A stretch of DNA of 29,595 bases from a virus (taxonomy: Duplodnaviria > Heunggongvirae > Uroviricota > Caudoviricetes). The notes beneath the pieces were generated by a model. It did not search any database. It was given only the letters and a program-made list of their open reading frames with translations, and was not told the DNA's origin. The stretch is from the IMG/VR virus record IMGVR_UViG_2558860274_000007; one strand, 5' to 3'. Positions 16,651 to 26,097 of the stretch are shown one piece after another. A program made the translations under genes and the position numbers. Position 1 is the first letter of the stretch; the number at the start of each line of letters is the position of its first letter.

Positions 16651-18423
16651 ATGACCATCACCACAGACACCACTCTTTTACACGACCCGCGTCGTCAGGC
16701 GGCGCTGCTGTACTGGCAGGGGTTTTCCGTGCCGCAGATTGCCGCCATGTTGCAGATGAAACGCCCGACAGTGCAGAGCTGGAAACAGCGCGACGGCTGG
16801 GACAGCGTTGCCCCCATCAGCCGTGTCGAAATGAGTCTGGAAGCGCGGCTGACCCAGCTCATCATCAAACCGCAGAAAACCGGCGGTGATTTCAAGGAAA
16901 TTGACCTGCTGGGACGCCAGATTGAACGACTGGCACGGGTCAACCGTTACAGTCAGACCGGCAACGAGGCAGACCTTAATCCGAACGTCGCTAACCGCAA
17001 CAAAGGCGGGCGTCGCAAACCGAAAAAGAATTTTTTCAGTGACGAGGCCATCGAAAAGCTGGAGCAGATTTTCTTTGAGCAGTCTTTCGACTATCAGTTG
17101 CACTGGTATCGCGCCGGGCTTGAGCACCGCATCCGCGATATCCTGAAATCCCGCCAGATTGGTGCGACGTATTATTTTTCCCGCGAGGCGCTGCTGCACG
17201 CACTGAAAACCGGCCATAACCAGATTTTTCTGTCGGCCAGTAAAACGCAGGCGTATGTGTTCCGTGAATACATCATCGCCTTTGCCCGGCTGGTTGACGT
17301 TGACCTGACCGGTGACCCGATTGTCCTGGGCAATAACGGCGCAAAACTGATTTTTCTCGGCACCAACTCCAACACCGCGCAGAGCCATAACGGCGACCTG
17401 TACGTCGACGAGATTTTCTGGATCCCGAATTTTCAGGTACTGCGTAAGGTGGCATCAGGTATGGCCTCACAGAGTCACCTGCGTTCGACCTATTTCTCCA
17501 CCCCGTCCACGCTGGCGCACGACGCCTACCCGTTCTGGTCGGGTGAACTGTTTAACCGGGGACGCGCCAGCGCCGCTGAACGCGTGGAAATCGACGTCAG
17601 TCATAACGCACTTGCCGGAGGTCTTCTCTGTGCGGACGGCCAGTGGCGGCAGATTGTCACCATTGAGGACGCCCTGAAAGGCGGCTGCACGCTGTTCGAC
17701 ATTGAGCAGCTCAAACGCGAAAACAGCGCCGACGATTTTAAAAACCTGTTCATGTGTGAATTTGTTGACGACAAGGCGTCGGTGTTCCCGTTCGAGGAGT
17801 TGCAACGCTGCATGGTCGACACGCTGGAAGAATGGGAAGACTATGCGCCGTTTGCCGCCAATCCGTTCGGCTCACGCCCGGTCTGGATTGGTTACGACCC
17901 GTCACACCGTGGCGACAGCGCCGGATGCGTGGTGCTGGCACCGCCGGTGGTTGCCGGTGGCAAATTCAGAATACTTGAGCGTCACCAGTGGAAAGGCATG
18001 GACTTTGCCACCCAGGCGGAATCCATCCGCAAACTCACCGAAAAATACAACGTCGAATACATCGGTATTGATGCCACCGGCCTCGGTGTCGGCGTGTTCC
18101 AGCTCGTGCGCTCGTTCTATCCTGCCGCGCGCGACATCCGCTACACGCCGGAAATGAAAACCGCAATGGTGCTTAAGGCAAAAGACGTTATCCGCCGTGG
18201 CTGTCTGGAATACGACGTCAGCGCCACCGACATCACCAGCTCGTTTATGGCTATCCGCAAGACCATGACCAGCAGCGGACGCAGCGCCACCTATGAGGCC
18301 AGCCGCAGCGAGGAAGCCAGCCACGCCGACCTCGCCTGGGCGACCATGCACGCCCTGTTAAATGAGCCACTCACCGCCGGTATCAGCACCCCGCTGACAT
18401 CCACCATTCTGGAGTTTTACTGA
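16651..18423 (+). CDS. P: Terminase large (ATPase/nuclease) subunit P, 590 aa
   Basis: Start at the ATG for MTITTDTTLLHDPRRQAALLYWQG, with GAGG 4-5 nt upstream. 590 aa as in P2 gpP. Stop overlaps the Q start (TGATG). Confidence 0.93.
   Translation: MTITTDTTLLHDPRRQAALLYWQGFSVPQIAAMLQMKRPTVQSWKQRDGWDSVAPISRVEMSLEARLTQLIIKPQKTGGDFKEIDLLGRQIERLARVNRYSQTGNEADLNPNVANRNKGGRRKPKKNFFSDEAIEKLEQIFFEQSFDYQLHWYRAGLEHRIRDILKSRQIGATYYFSREALLHALKTGHNQIFLSASKTQAYVFREYIIAFARLVDVDLTGDPIVLGNNGAKLIFLGTNSNTAQSHNGDLYVDEIFWIPNFQVLRKVASGMASQSHLRSTYFSTPSTLAHDAYPFWSGELFNRGRASAAERVEIDVSHNALAGGLLCADGQWRQIVTIEDALKGGCTLFDIEQLKRENSADDFKNLFMCEFVDDKASVFPFEELQRCMVDTLEEWEDYAPFAANPFGSRPVWIGYDPSHRGDSAGCVVLAPPVVAGGKFRILERHQWKGMDFATQAESIRKLTEKYNVEYIGIDATGLGVGVFQLVRSFYPAARDIRYTPEMKTAMVLKAKDVIRRGCLEYDVSATDITSSFMAIRKTMTSSGRSATYEASRSEEASHADLAWATMHALLNEPLTAGISTPLTSTILEFY
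18153..18284. repeat. Parent copy, inside P, of the segment duplicated at 1490-1619
   Basis: Near-identical to 1490-1619 over about 130 bp, same orientation. Confidence 0.8.
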
Positions 18424-19457
18424 TGAGCAAGAAAAAAGGGAAAACACCGCAACCTGCGGCAAAAACAATGACCGCCAGCGCCCCGAAAATGGAGGCATTC
18501 ACCTTTGGTGAGCCGGTGCCGGTACTCGACCGCCGTGACATTCTGGATTACGTCGAGTGCATCAGTAACGGCAGATGGTATGAGCCACCGGTCAGCTTTA
18601 CCGGTCTGGCAAAAAGCCTGCGTGCTGCCGTACATCACAGCTCACCGATTTACGTCAAACGTAATATTCTGGCCTCGACATTTATCCCGCATCCGTGGCT
18701 TTCACAACAGGATTTCAGCCGCTTTGTGCTGGATTTTCTGGTGTTCGGTAATGCGTTTCTGGAAAAGCGTTACAGCACCACCGGTAAGGTCATCAGACTG
18801 GAAACCTCACCGGCAAAATATACCCGCCGTGGGGTGGAAGAGGATGTTTACTGGTGGGTGCCGTCCTTCAACGAACCGACAGCCTTCGCGCCCGGCTCCG
18901 TGTTTCACCTGCTGGAGCCGGATATTAATCAGGAGTTGTACGGCCTGCCGGAATATCTCAGCGCCCTTAACTCTGCCTGGCTGAATGAGTCGGCCACGCT
19001 GTTCCGCCGCAAGTATTACGAAAACGGCGCACATGCCGGATACATCATGTACGTCACTGATGCCGTGCAGGATCGCAACGATATCGAAATGCTCCGCGAA
19101 AACATGGTGAAGTCGAAAGGCCGCAACAACTTTAAAAATCTGTTTCTCTATGCCCCACAGGGGAAAGCCGACGGCATTAAAATTATCCCGCTCAGTGAAG
19201 TCGCAACGAAGGACGATTTTTTTAATATCAAAAAAGCCAGCGCCGCTGACCTGCTGGACGCGCACCGCATCCCCTTTCAGTTGATGGGCGGCAAGCCGGA
19301 GAACGTCGGGTCGCTGGGTGATATTGAGAAAGTGGCAAAGGTCTTTGTCCGCAATGAGCTTATCCCGTTACAGGACAGGATTCGGGAAATAAACGGCTGG
19401 CTCGGTCAGGAGGTCATCCGCTTTAAAAACTACTCACTGGACACTGACAACGGCTGA
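18423..19457 (+). CDS. Q: Portal (capsid vertex) protein Q, 344 aa
   Basis: MSKKKGKTPQPAAKTMTASAPKMEAFTFGEP...; 344 aa as in P2 gpQ. Confidence 0.93.
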   Translation: MSKKKGKTPQPAAKTMTASAPKMEAFTFGEPVPVLDRRDILDYVECISNGRWYEPPVSFTGLAKSLRAAVHHSSPIYVKRNILASTFIPHPWLSQQDFSRFVLDFLVFGNAFLEKRYSTTGKVIRLETSPAKYTRRGVEEDVYWWVPSFNEPTAFAPGSVFHLLEPDINQELYGLPEYLSALNSAWLNESATLFRRKYYENGAHAGYIMYVTDAVQDRNDIEMLRENMVKSKGRNNFKNLFLYAPQGKADGIKIIPLSEVATKDDFFNIKKASAADLLDAHRIPFQLMGGKPENVGSLGDIEKVAKVFVRNELIPLQDRIREINGWLGQEVIRFKNYSLDTDNG

Positions 19458-19461
19458 ACAT

Positions 19462-19484
19462 CGCCGCCTGCGGGCGGCTTTTTT
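19462..19484 (+). terminator. Rho-independent terminator downstream of Q
   Basis: GCCGCC-TGCG-GGCGGC hairpin followed by TTTTTT. Confidence 0.7.
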
Positions 19485-19626
19485 ACACCCCGTCATCACA
19501 CCCTCACACGCTCACCACCGCACAAAACACCCCGCAGACACACCAACGCCCCGGCGCACACTCTAAACGCCATCACGACGTGCTCAGACGCTGAAAAAAT
19601 AAAATCAGCACCACCGCCAGCGCGCA

Positions 19627-19645
19627 GTGCTTTCCCCGCCTCGCC
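19627..19645. other. cos: cos site: 19-nt P2 cohesive-end sequence (reverse complement orientation)
   Basis: gtgctttccccgcctcgcc is the reverse complement of GGCGAGGCGGGGAAAGCAC, the P2 cohesive end as I recall it; it lies just downstream of Q as in P2. Confidence 0.8.
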
Positions 19646-19872
19646 CGCCCGCTTCATGGGTCGGTTTTGATGCAATTCCAAAAGCCGTCCAAACTCTCTT
19701 AGGCTAAATGTCCAACGAGAAAATAGTGCTTTGAATGTGAATGCATTTTAATGCAGAGTTATGCCCAGCATTTTTGTACACTTCGATGTATCAAATGCGC
19801 TGCAAACGATCAAATATGGATGTTTTATCAAGCATCCCCCAAAAGATATTTACATCATCCCATGAGGTTAAG

Positions 19873-20946
19873 ATGGATAACAAAATCGTAGAAATTGAGA
19901 CAAATAAGCTTGATTTTGACCCTAAAAACCCACGTTTCTTTCGTCTCAATGATGCCAGTAACGCTGCAACAGTCATTGAGGAAATGTTAGATGACGAAAG
20001 TGTCCACGATCTAATGCTATCAATCGGTCAGCAAGGTTACTTTCCTGGAGAACCTTTATTGGCAGTAAAAAGCAATGGAAACTACATCGTGGTTGAGGGA
20101 AACAGACGCTTAGCTGCTGTAAAGTTGCTCAATGGAGATCTGCTTCCTCCAAAAAGAAAACTTAAAGGTGTGCAAGAAATCATTGATGATACTACCAATA
20201 AACCTAAGAAGCTTCCCTGCATCATTTATGAAAACCGAGAGGATGTACTGAGATATATCGGTTATCGTCATATAACTGGGGTCAAAGAATGGGACTCATT
20301 ATCTAAAGCCAAATACCTTAAAGAGTTATGTGATACTTTTTATTCACATGAACCTAAAGAGATAGTATTAAAAAATCTGGCTCGTGAGATTGGGAGTAAA
20401 CCACATTATGTTGCAACACTTCTCACTGCACTGAACTTATATGAAGTCGCGCATGACCATGAGTTTTTTAATTTACCCATGAAGGCTTCTGACGTGGAAT
20501 TTTCATATATAACCACAGCTTTGGGATATTCAAAAATCACAAACTGGTTAGGTCTACAGGATAAAAAGGATTTTTTAGACCCAAATTTAAATGAAGAAAA
20601 CCTTAAGCGTTTATTCTCTTGGTTTTTTGTGCCTGACCAACAAGGTAGAACCATCATCGGTGAGTCTCGAAGAATAAAAGATATTGCAGCAGTGGTTGAG
20701 AAACCCGAAGCAATTGAAATTCTCATGAAAAGTTCAAACTTGGATGAAGCATATCTATATACCAGCGGAGAAAGAGAAGCATTAGATAAAGCACTAAACG
20801 CAGCTAGTGTTAAATTAAGAGTAGTTTGGGATATGCTACTTAAAGCTAAAGAATTAACATTAGAGCATGAAGAGGCTGCATCTGAAATTTTTGAGATGTC
20901 AAAAAATATTAGAAATCAGATCAGAAGCAAAAGGGAGGATGATTGA
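19873..20946 (+). CDS. ParB-like (ParB/Srx-fold N-terminal domain) protein, 357 aa; first gene of the cargo cassette after cos
   Basis: Start chosen at the ATG for MDNKIVEIE, with GAGG 5 nt upstream. ParB-like motifs DFDPKNPRF and YIVVEGNRRLAAVKLL. AT-rich. The track ORF starts 44 codons earlier with no ribosome-binding site. Confidence 0.72.
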   Translation: MDNKIVEIETNKLDFDPKNPRFFRLNDASNAATVIEEMLDDESVHDLMLSIGQQGYFPGEPLLAVKSNGNYIVVEGNRRLAAVKLLNGDLLPPKRKLKGVQEIIDDTTNKPKKLPCIIYENREDVLRYIGYRHITGVKEWDSLSKAKYLKELCDTFYSHEPKEIVLKNLAREIGSKPHYVATLLTALNLYEVAHDHEFFNLPMKASDVEFSYITTALGYSKITNWLGLQDKKDFLDPNLNEENLKRLFSWFFVPDQQGRTIIGESRRIKDIAAVVEKPEAIEILMKSSNLDEAYLYTSGEREALDKALNAASVKLRVVWDMLLKAKELTLEHEEAASEIFEMSKNIRNQIRSKREDD

Positions 20947-20950
20947 GATT

Positions 20951-21976
20951 ATGATTACAAATCTTGATTCAATGCCTTCTAATGAGCCTTATTTATGGGC
21001 TGATTATATTGAGATATTGGCCTTAACTAATATCGACAGGTCATTCAGTCGAGGAGACCTATATAGCACACTGCAAGCTCAACCCGAAGCAGTACTAGCT
21101 GAAACAGATGAAGCAGAAGAAGAGGGCGTTTATGATGTTGATGATGAAAATGATACGCCTGTACGCAAGAGAACAAAACGAAGTGTTAGTCGAGCATATA
21201 CTGACAGAAAGTGGAGCTATGCGATAGGCTTCATACGACAACGCATTGATTTATTTGGGGATAGTTACCCTTTTACTTTATCAGAAGACAACGATACTGT
21301 AGAGTTACGTGATATATCAGAAAAGCCACTGGAACATTTAGAAAGACTATATTTAGCTTTACTAATCTGTGCTAACATAAAATATGTCAACATAATGAGC
21401 AGAAGAGAGATAACGCGCAGTTTTGAACTAATTAGTTTACCTATTTTTGAAAGCCTAATGCCTAGCGGTAGCATAATAAAAGCATGCTGGGCTTCTGGTG
21501 GTCAAGCGGCCCCTTACACTGGAACTCTATATAATAAATTTAAGAGTATTGCTTCCGATATCCGTTGCACAGCGAACTTCAAAGAACGAGATTTCAGTCG
21601 AGGAAATAGTGGTGACGGAGGCCTTGACATAATTGCCTGGCATCCAATGGGAGATCAACGAGATGCCATCCCTATTTCTTTTGTTCAGTGTGGCTGTTCT
21701 CAAGAAGAGTGGGAAGCGAAGCAGCTTGAGGCCTCACCTGCGATGCTCTACAGTAAATTCCCCGTAGCTCACCGATGGGCAACTTATTATTTCTTACCTC
21801 AAGATCTACGATGGATAGATGGTGAGTGGGCACATAAAAATAAGTTAGGCGATGCTATTTTTGTTGATCGCCTAAGATTAATCAATTTAACCAGAGCATC
21901 TGATAATATTGATCACAGTCAAAATATTAGCTATCTAGATATCATCCTTGATCCTTCCAGCGCGATCGCTGCTTAG
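20951..21976 (+). CDS. Hypothetical ~340-aa protein with a putative Mrr-like / PD-(D/E)xK nuclease motif; second gene of the cassette
   Basis: C-terminal half contains GNSGDGGLDIIAW...ISFVQCG, which resembles the Mrr catalytic signature (GDGG-I/L-D ... QxK) but lacks the Lys. Acidic low-complexity N-terminal region. AAGGGAGG ribosome-binding site upstream; the start could be the ATG at 20939 or 20951. Overlaps the gene 1 stop. Confidence 0.65.
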   Translation: MITNLDSMPSNEPYLWADYIEILALTNIDRSFSRGDLYSTLQAQPEAVLAETDEAEEEGVYDVDDENDTPVRKRTKRSVSRAYTDRKWSYAIGFIRQRIDLFGDSYPFTLSEDNDTVELRDISEKPLEHLERLYLALLICANIKYVNIMSRREITRSFELISLPIFESLMPSGSIIKACWASGGQAAPYTGTLYNKFKSIASDIRCTANFKERDFSRGNSGDGGLDIIAWHPMGDQRDAIPISFVQCGCSQEEWEAKQLEASPAMLYSKFPVAHRWATYYFLPQDLRWIDGEWAHKNKLGDAIFVDRLRLINLTRASDNIDHSQNISYLDIILDPSSAIAA

Positions 21977-22911
21977 TCCCATAAATCTGGAAGGTTTCTA
22001 GCAACCGCCTCAAACAATGGAGGCGGTACTGCATTACCTACCACAGTATATTTCATATTAATAGAAGCCCGTTCAGTTTCTGGGAAAATTAAATCTCCAA
22101 AACCTTGTAAAATAGCAGCCTCTCGATAGCTAAACCTACGAGCTGGTGCATCCGAAGTAAATTGCCACTTATCAGGTCCCAATTTTTCTAATGTTGGACT
22201 TATTGGATGTAGAGGCATATGTCTAGGATTTGCAACAATTGTTTTAGATATCTGATCCCAATCTTGCCTACGGTTTCGCGATAGATAATACCAATGAAAA
22301 TCGGCGTCATAAAACTCGCCAACAGGCCAAACAGGCATATGCCCAATAGCATCACGAATTGTGGAATATGGTGTCAAACCATCACCATGTGTTGGTTTTG
22401 GAAATTTGTATGTAATACCGTAGTCCTTTCGTATTCCTACGATAAAGATTCGCTTCCTATCTTGGGATACCCCATAATGGGACGCATTCAGAATTTGCGA
22501 GCTTACTGTATAACCTGCTTCTTCGAAAACTTTGAATTGATCCTTTAATAAATGCTCAAAGTTACGCCTTACCATACCAGAGACATTCTCTACAATGAAT
22601 GCTTTTGGCTTAATTTTACTCAAAGCACGGGCAAACTCTAAATATAGTGTATTAATCTTTCTATCTGCCTTCCTTGCCCCACCTTGACTAAATCCTTGGC
22701 AAGGATAGCATCCGATGAGCAACTCAGCAGAAGGGAACGACTGGAGCCCTGAGATATCGCCCAAAATGTAGTCAGTTTCAGGATGGTTTTCTAAGTAAAC
22801 GTCCCTTGCGTAAGGCAAAATATCATTTGCCATAAGCACATTGAAACCTGCGTTCAAAACTCCCGCATCAGAACCACCACATCCAGAAAAAAGTGAAACT
22901 ACAGTTGGCAT
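21973..22911 (-). CDS. DNA (cytosine-5)-methyltransferase, 312 aa, convergent with the two-gene operon
   Basis: Canonical C5-MTase motifs in order: motif I FSGCGG, motif IV PCQGFS, motif VI ENV, motif VIII QDRKR, and C-terminal GNAVPP. Perfect AGGAGG ribosome-binding site 5 nt upstream. Its 3' end overlaps the gene 2 stop by about 4 nt. Confidence 0.9.
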   Translation of the reverse strand: MPTVVSLFSGCGGSDAGVLNAGFNVLMANDILPYARDVYLENHPETDYILGDISGLQSFPSAELLIGCYPCQGFSQGGARKADRKINTLYLEFARALSKIKPKAFIVENVSGMVRRNFEHLLKDQFKVFEEAGYTVSSQILNASHYGVSQDRKRIFIVGIRKDYGITYKFPKPTHGDGLTPYSTIRDAIGHMPVWPVGEFYDADFHWYYLSRNRRQDWDQISKTIVANPRHMPLHPISPTLEKLGPDKWQFTSDAPARRFSYREAAILQGFGDLIFPETERASINMKYTVVGNAVPPPLFEAVARNLPDLWD

Positions 22912-23153
22912 TGACCCCTCCTAAAAACCGACCGCGTATTATAGCGAAACACCCCGTTGGGAAAAGCTAGATTTTGCCAAGTCTTGATATTCTCACGTTT
23001 TAGTAGTTGTGGCCATCTTTAACGAGAAAAAGATAAAATTGACTTCTCATTAATTTTCAATAGGTTTAATTGTAAGCTCAAACTAACGCCTCGCGACACT
23101 CGTTATTCAACCCCGCCAGCCCTGAAAACAAGTTTCACGACTGGCGGCGTTCT

Positions 23154-23360
23154 CTATCGTCTGCGTTGTGGTGGCGCAACTCTGGACTGACCGATATGGT
23201 TAAACCGCCCGTAATTATCCCGGACTATTTCGGCACACCCGACCAGCTCATCGGGCGTCAGATTTTCGTTGACCATAATCCGCTGTAAACGCTGAACAAT
23301 AGCCATCAGCTTGATATTTTTAGTTTTATGGTGCGGTATCTCGCCTGGTATTCTGTGCAT
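23154..23360 (-). CDS. Hypothetical small protein, 68 aa, translationally coupled to the upstream gene
   Basis: ATG for MHRIPGEIPHHKTK overlaps the stop of the upstream gene (TAATG). No recognisable domain. Confidence 0.5.
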   Translation of the reverse strand: MHRIPGEIPHHKTKNIKLMAIVQRLQRIMVNENLTPDELVGCAEIVRDNYGRFNHIGQSRVAPPQRRR

Positions 23361-23812
23361 TATCCAAGCCACCCGTTTTGCTGTGCACGCTCCATCTGTT
23401 CATCTGAATAGTTCCATGCTCCATCCGTGGCAACCATTGCCCCGCCAGACATCCCCGTCTCTGGTTCATACATAACAGCAAGGCCGAGCTGATGCATAAT
23501 TTCATGATTAATTCTGAATACCAAGCCACGCTCACTAAGTTCTTTCCAGTTCACAATCTCATATACGCCTGTATTAAGCAGCTCAATACTTAGCAAGACA
23601 TAATCTTCCAGCCAGTCTGACAGGTCAGTAACATCTGTTATCCGGGCTTCAACCTTTCGCCCCGTAAACACACCCTGTACCCATTCATGCAAAATCAACG
23701 TGTCCCCGCGCTCATAATTACGGTCATTTTTCCGAAACTCTGCGCGTTTCTTTCCTTCCAGCACAAGGTCGAAATATTTTGCGTGCAGCTTTACCTCGTG
23801 AATTTTTGCCAT
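23360..23812 (-). CDS. Hypothetical protein with an N-terminal ASCH/DUF3850-like region and a C-terminal HExxH motif (possible metallopeptidase), about 150 aa
   Basis: MAKIHEVKLHAKYFDLVLEGKKRAEFRKNDRNYERGDTLILHEW is ASCH-like; HEIMHQLG is an HExxH motif. Start overlaps the A stop (ATGA); an alternative start is one codon upstream. Confidence 0.65.
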   Translation of the reverse strand: MAKIHEVKLHAKYFDLVLEGKKRAEFRKNDRNYERGDTLILHEWVQGVFTGRKVEARITDVTDLSDWLEDYVLLSIELLNTGVYEIVNWKELSERGLVFRINHEIMHQLGLAVMYEPETGMSGGAMVATDGAWNYSDEQMERAQQNGWLG

Positions 23813-26097
23813 CATGTCCACTCCATTACTGTTGAGAATCCCGGCCACTCATCAGCGACTGGATACGTGAATTTTTTCCCGTCATAATTTACGGTCGCGC
23901 CACGCGCCAGCGCCTCAAGCTCCCATCGCTGCGGCCTGATACCGTTCTGAGCGAGGTCAACGCGGATACGGGTAATTTGCATTCGTTCCGACCGGGTCAG
24001 TCTGGCCGACGGTGCAATTTCATGTGTTTTTAACGGGCTTCCGTTTCTCTGCTGACGATTTGGTGTTCTCAGCCCGTGTTTTAATGCGCCCCTGAGCGCC
24101 CTCACGACCTCCGGGTCATTCCATTCGATAACACCGTCATCAACCAGATTAAGCACTGCTGCGGCGTGCTCAGAAGGCGTGGGAGCCGGTAACGAATTAT
24201 CACTGCTGGCAGGCTTTCCACAGTTATTGACAGGACTCCGAGGCGCGGCGATGCCGCTTTTTAAAGTCAAAGGCTCAACGACCGGCACTTTCGGAACAAT
24301 GCGCCAGTCCGTCGTTCTGGTGATATGAATATGACGCGCGCCGAGATGCGGCGCGTAAATGCCGACCACTCTCTCGACTTCTTCCTCGTACTCGTTAACG
24401 TCATCCGACGGGCTACGGGCAACCCTGACAGTCTGACAATCGCGCGGGACATTTGCCCCGCCCTGCGCGCTGATATACAACGCAAAATCACCACTGTCTG
24501 CGGCGGCGCGTGCAGCCTCGACGCGTTCGTCAAACTCATCAGCAATGCTGACGCCGCGAGGCAATTTGCGTAGCTCACGGTAAGCCCCCATTGTCGGCAG
24601 GCCAACCGTTTTAAATTGCGGAATGCGCCACGTTGACGCCCATGCGGTAACAGCCGCGGCAGTATCTTTCAGCGGCCTGCCAGTATCGTTATCGAGCTGA
24701 CCATCCAGTGCATAGCCGTCGATGTTTTTTGAGATGTATTTCGCGATATATCCCGCAGCACCGCCCCGGTTAAGGTGTGTTGCCTGAAAACGGTTTCGCG
24801 CAGCGCCTCTTTCGTCACCATCCTCTTTGAGCGCATAGCGACGCATGATTTCGATAATCTGGTTACGCTGGCGTGGATTACAAAAAAGCATCATATGCCA
24901 GTGCGGCGTTCCGTCGTGGTGTGGCTCGACGACACGCAAACCGTAGACCTGTAAATCATTATCCTTGAATGCCGTGCGCATCAGGCTCCAGATACGGCAG
25001 AGATAACGCTGCGCATCCTTTGGATTAAATGCCTCATCGTTCCAGCCGTGATTAAGCTGAACGGTTTTACTTTCGCCTTTTCCGACCTGACGTGTCGGGT
25101 GATACTTTGACGGCGCGGTCAGCGTGATAAACATCCCCACATCACCCTCTGCGGCGGCGTAACGCTCAATACCGGCAATGGTGTTCATCAGCTCCATCCG
25201 GCGAATTTCAGGATTAGAAATACTGCCCATCACCTTACTGATAAGGTCGATACGCTCGCCGGTTTCCCTGTTTTCAAGGTCACACGATTTAAGAAATTCC
25301 AGATTTGCCTGGCGGCGCGCACGCACATCACGAATGGCATGTTTACTGGCATAAGGAGAACGGTCTTTATTGACCTCCCCGACAGCTATCAGTAACGCTT
25401 CATGCCAGCGCATACGCTGGCCTTTAAGCTGATGAGTCCACCACTCATCGTTAAACAGGCGGGCAATGGCAGAATATGCCTGCCTCGTGATCATCTGCCC
25501 TTTACGGTATTTTTTCCAGTAAAGCGGGGAAATATTGAAAGCACATGCAGCGCCAGCAACATGACCATACAGATGTGCCTGCGCCTCATCCGTAAACAGC
25601 GATTCTTTTTCGCCATGCGCATCCACCCAGGCATCGCAGAGTTCCTCATACATCATGAAAAGCTGCGATGAGATTCGGGCGGCAAACTTTTTCAGCTCCT
25701 TGTCATTCATCCCCGGCAGGCGCGCATACTGGTCGCGCTCTGCCAGAAACAGCAACGACGCGTCGGTGTTCATTTCATGGCGCTGATTCACACGCTCAAT
25801 GCGCGGCCATAAACGACGCTGAAAAGTGGATGTGAGGAAATAAAACCCGTGCACCGGGCTTTTATTGCGCCGGATGTAGTCATAGCGTGAAGTAAACAGC
25901 GAGCGCAAAAAGTAAGGCAGGCGGTTAATCGTGGATAAAACACCTTGCACCTGACGCATCTCGTCACGTGTAAGGGGTCTTTCGCGCCCGACAGCCTCGC
26001 GTGGCGCGTTCCATGCATAAGCACCGGTAAACGCCTTACCGGTGCCTGCGGCAAATGCTGACGGAGGGACAAAACGCCCGGAGGCTTTAACGGCCAT
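23812..26097 (-). CDS. A: Replication initiation protein A (rolling-circle nickase), 761 aa
   Basis: Start at the ATG for MAVKASGRFVPPSAFAAGTGKAF, giving the P2 gpA length of 761 aa. The track ORF extends 17 codons upstream. Confidence 0.93.
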   Translation of the reverse strand: MAVKASGRFVPPSAFAAGTGKAFTGAYAWNAPREAVGRERPLTRDEMRQVQGVLSTINRLPYFLRSLFTSRYDYIRRNKSPVHGFYFLTSTFQRRLWPRIERVNQRHEMNTDASLLFLAERDQYARLPGMNDKELKKFAARISSQLFMMYEELCDAWVDAHGEKESLFTDEAQAHLYGHVAGAACAFNISPLYWKKYRKGQMITRQAYSAIARLFNDEWWTHQLKGQRMRWHEALLIAVGEVNKDRSPYASKHAIRDVRARRQANLEFLKSCDLENRETGERIDLISKVMGSISNPEIRRMELMNTIAGIERYAAAEGDVGMFITLTAPSKYHPTRQVGKGESKTVQLNHGWNDEAFNPKDAQRYLCRIWSLMRTAFKDNDLQVYGLRVVEPHHDGTPHWHMMLFCNPRQRNQIIEIMRRYALKEDGDERGAARNRFQATHLNRGGAAGYIAKYISKNIDGYALDGQLDNDTGRPLKDTAAAVTAWASTWRIPQFKTVGLPTMGAYRELRKLPRGVSIADEFDERVEAARAAADSGDFALYISAQGGANVPRDCQTVRVARSPSDDVNEYEEEVERVVGIYAPHLGARHIHITRTTDWRIVPKVPVVEPLTLKSGIAAPRSPVNNCGKPASSDNSLPAPTPSEHAAAVLNLVDDGVIEWNDPEVVRALRGALKHGLRTPNRQQRNGSPLKTHEIAPSARLTRSERMQITRIRVDLAQNGIRPQRWELEALARGATVNYDGKKFTYPVADEWPGFSTVMEWT

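Noticed and set aside
16678-17388. 236-aa minus-strand ORF inside the terminase gene P
   Set aside because: Antisense to P, which is strongly supported by its length and conserved terminase sequence.
19741-19872. 44-codon N-terminal extension of the ParB-like ORF (MHFNAELCPAFLYTSMYQMRCKRSNMDVLSS...)
   Set aside because: No ribosome-binding site, and a good GAGG-N5-ATG context exists at 19873; the extension would lie in the probable promoter region.
20406-20726. 106-aa minus-strand ORF inside the ParB-like gene
   Set aside because: Antisense to the better-supported ParB-like frame in an AT-rich region where random ORFs are common.
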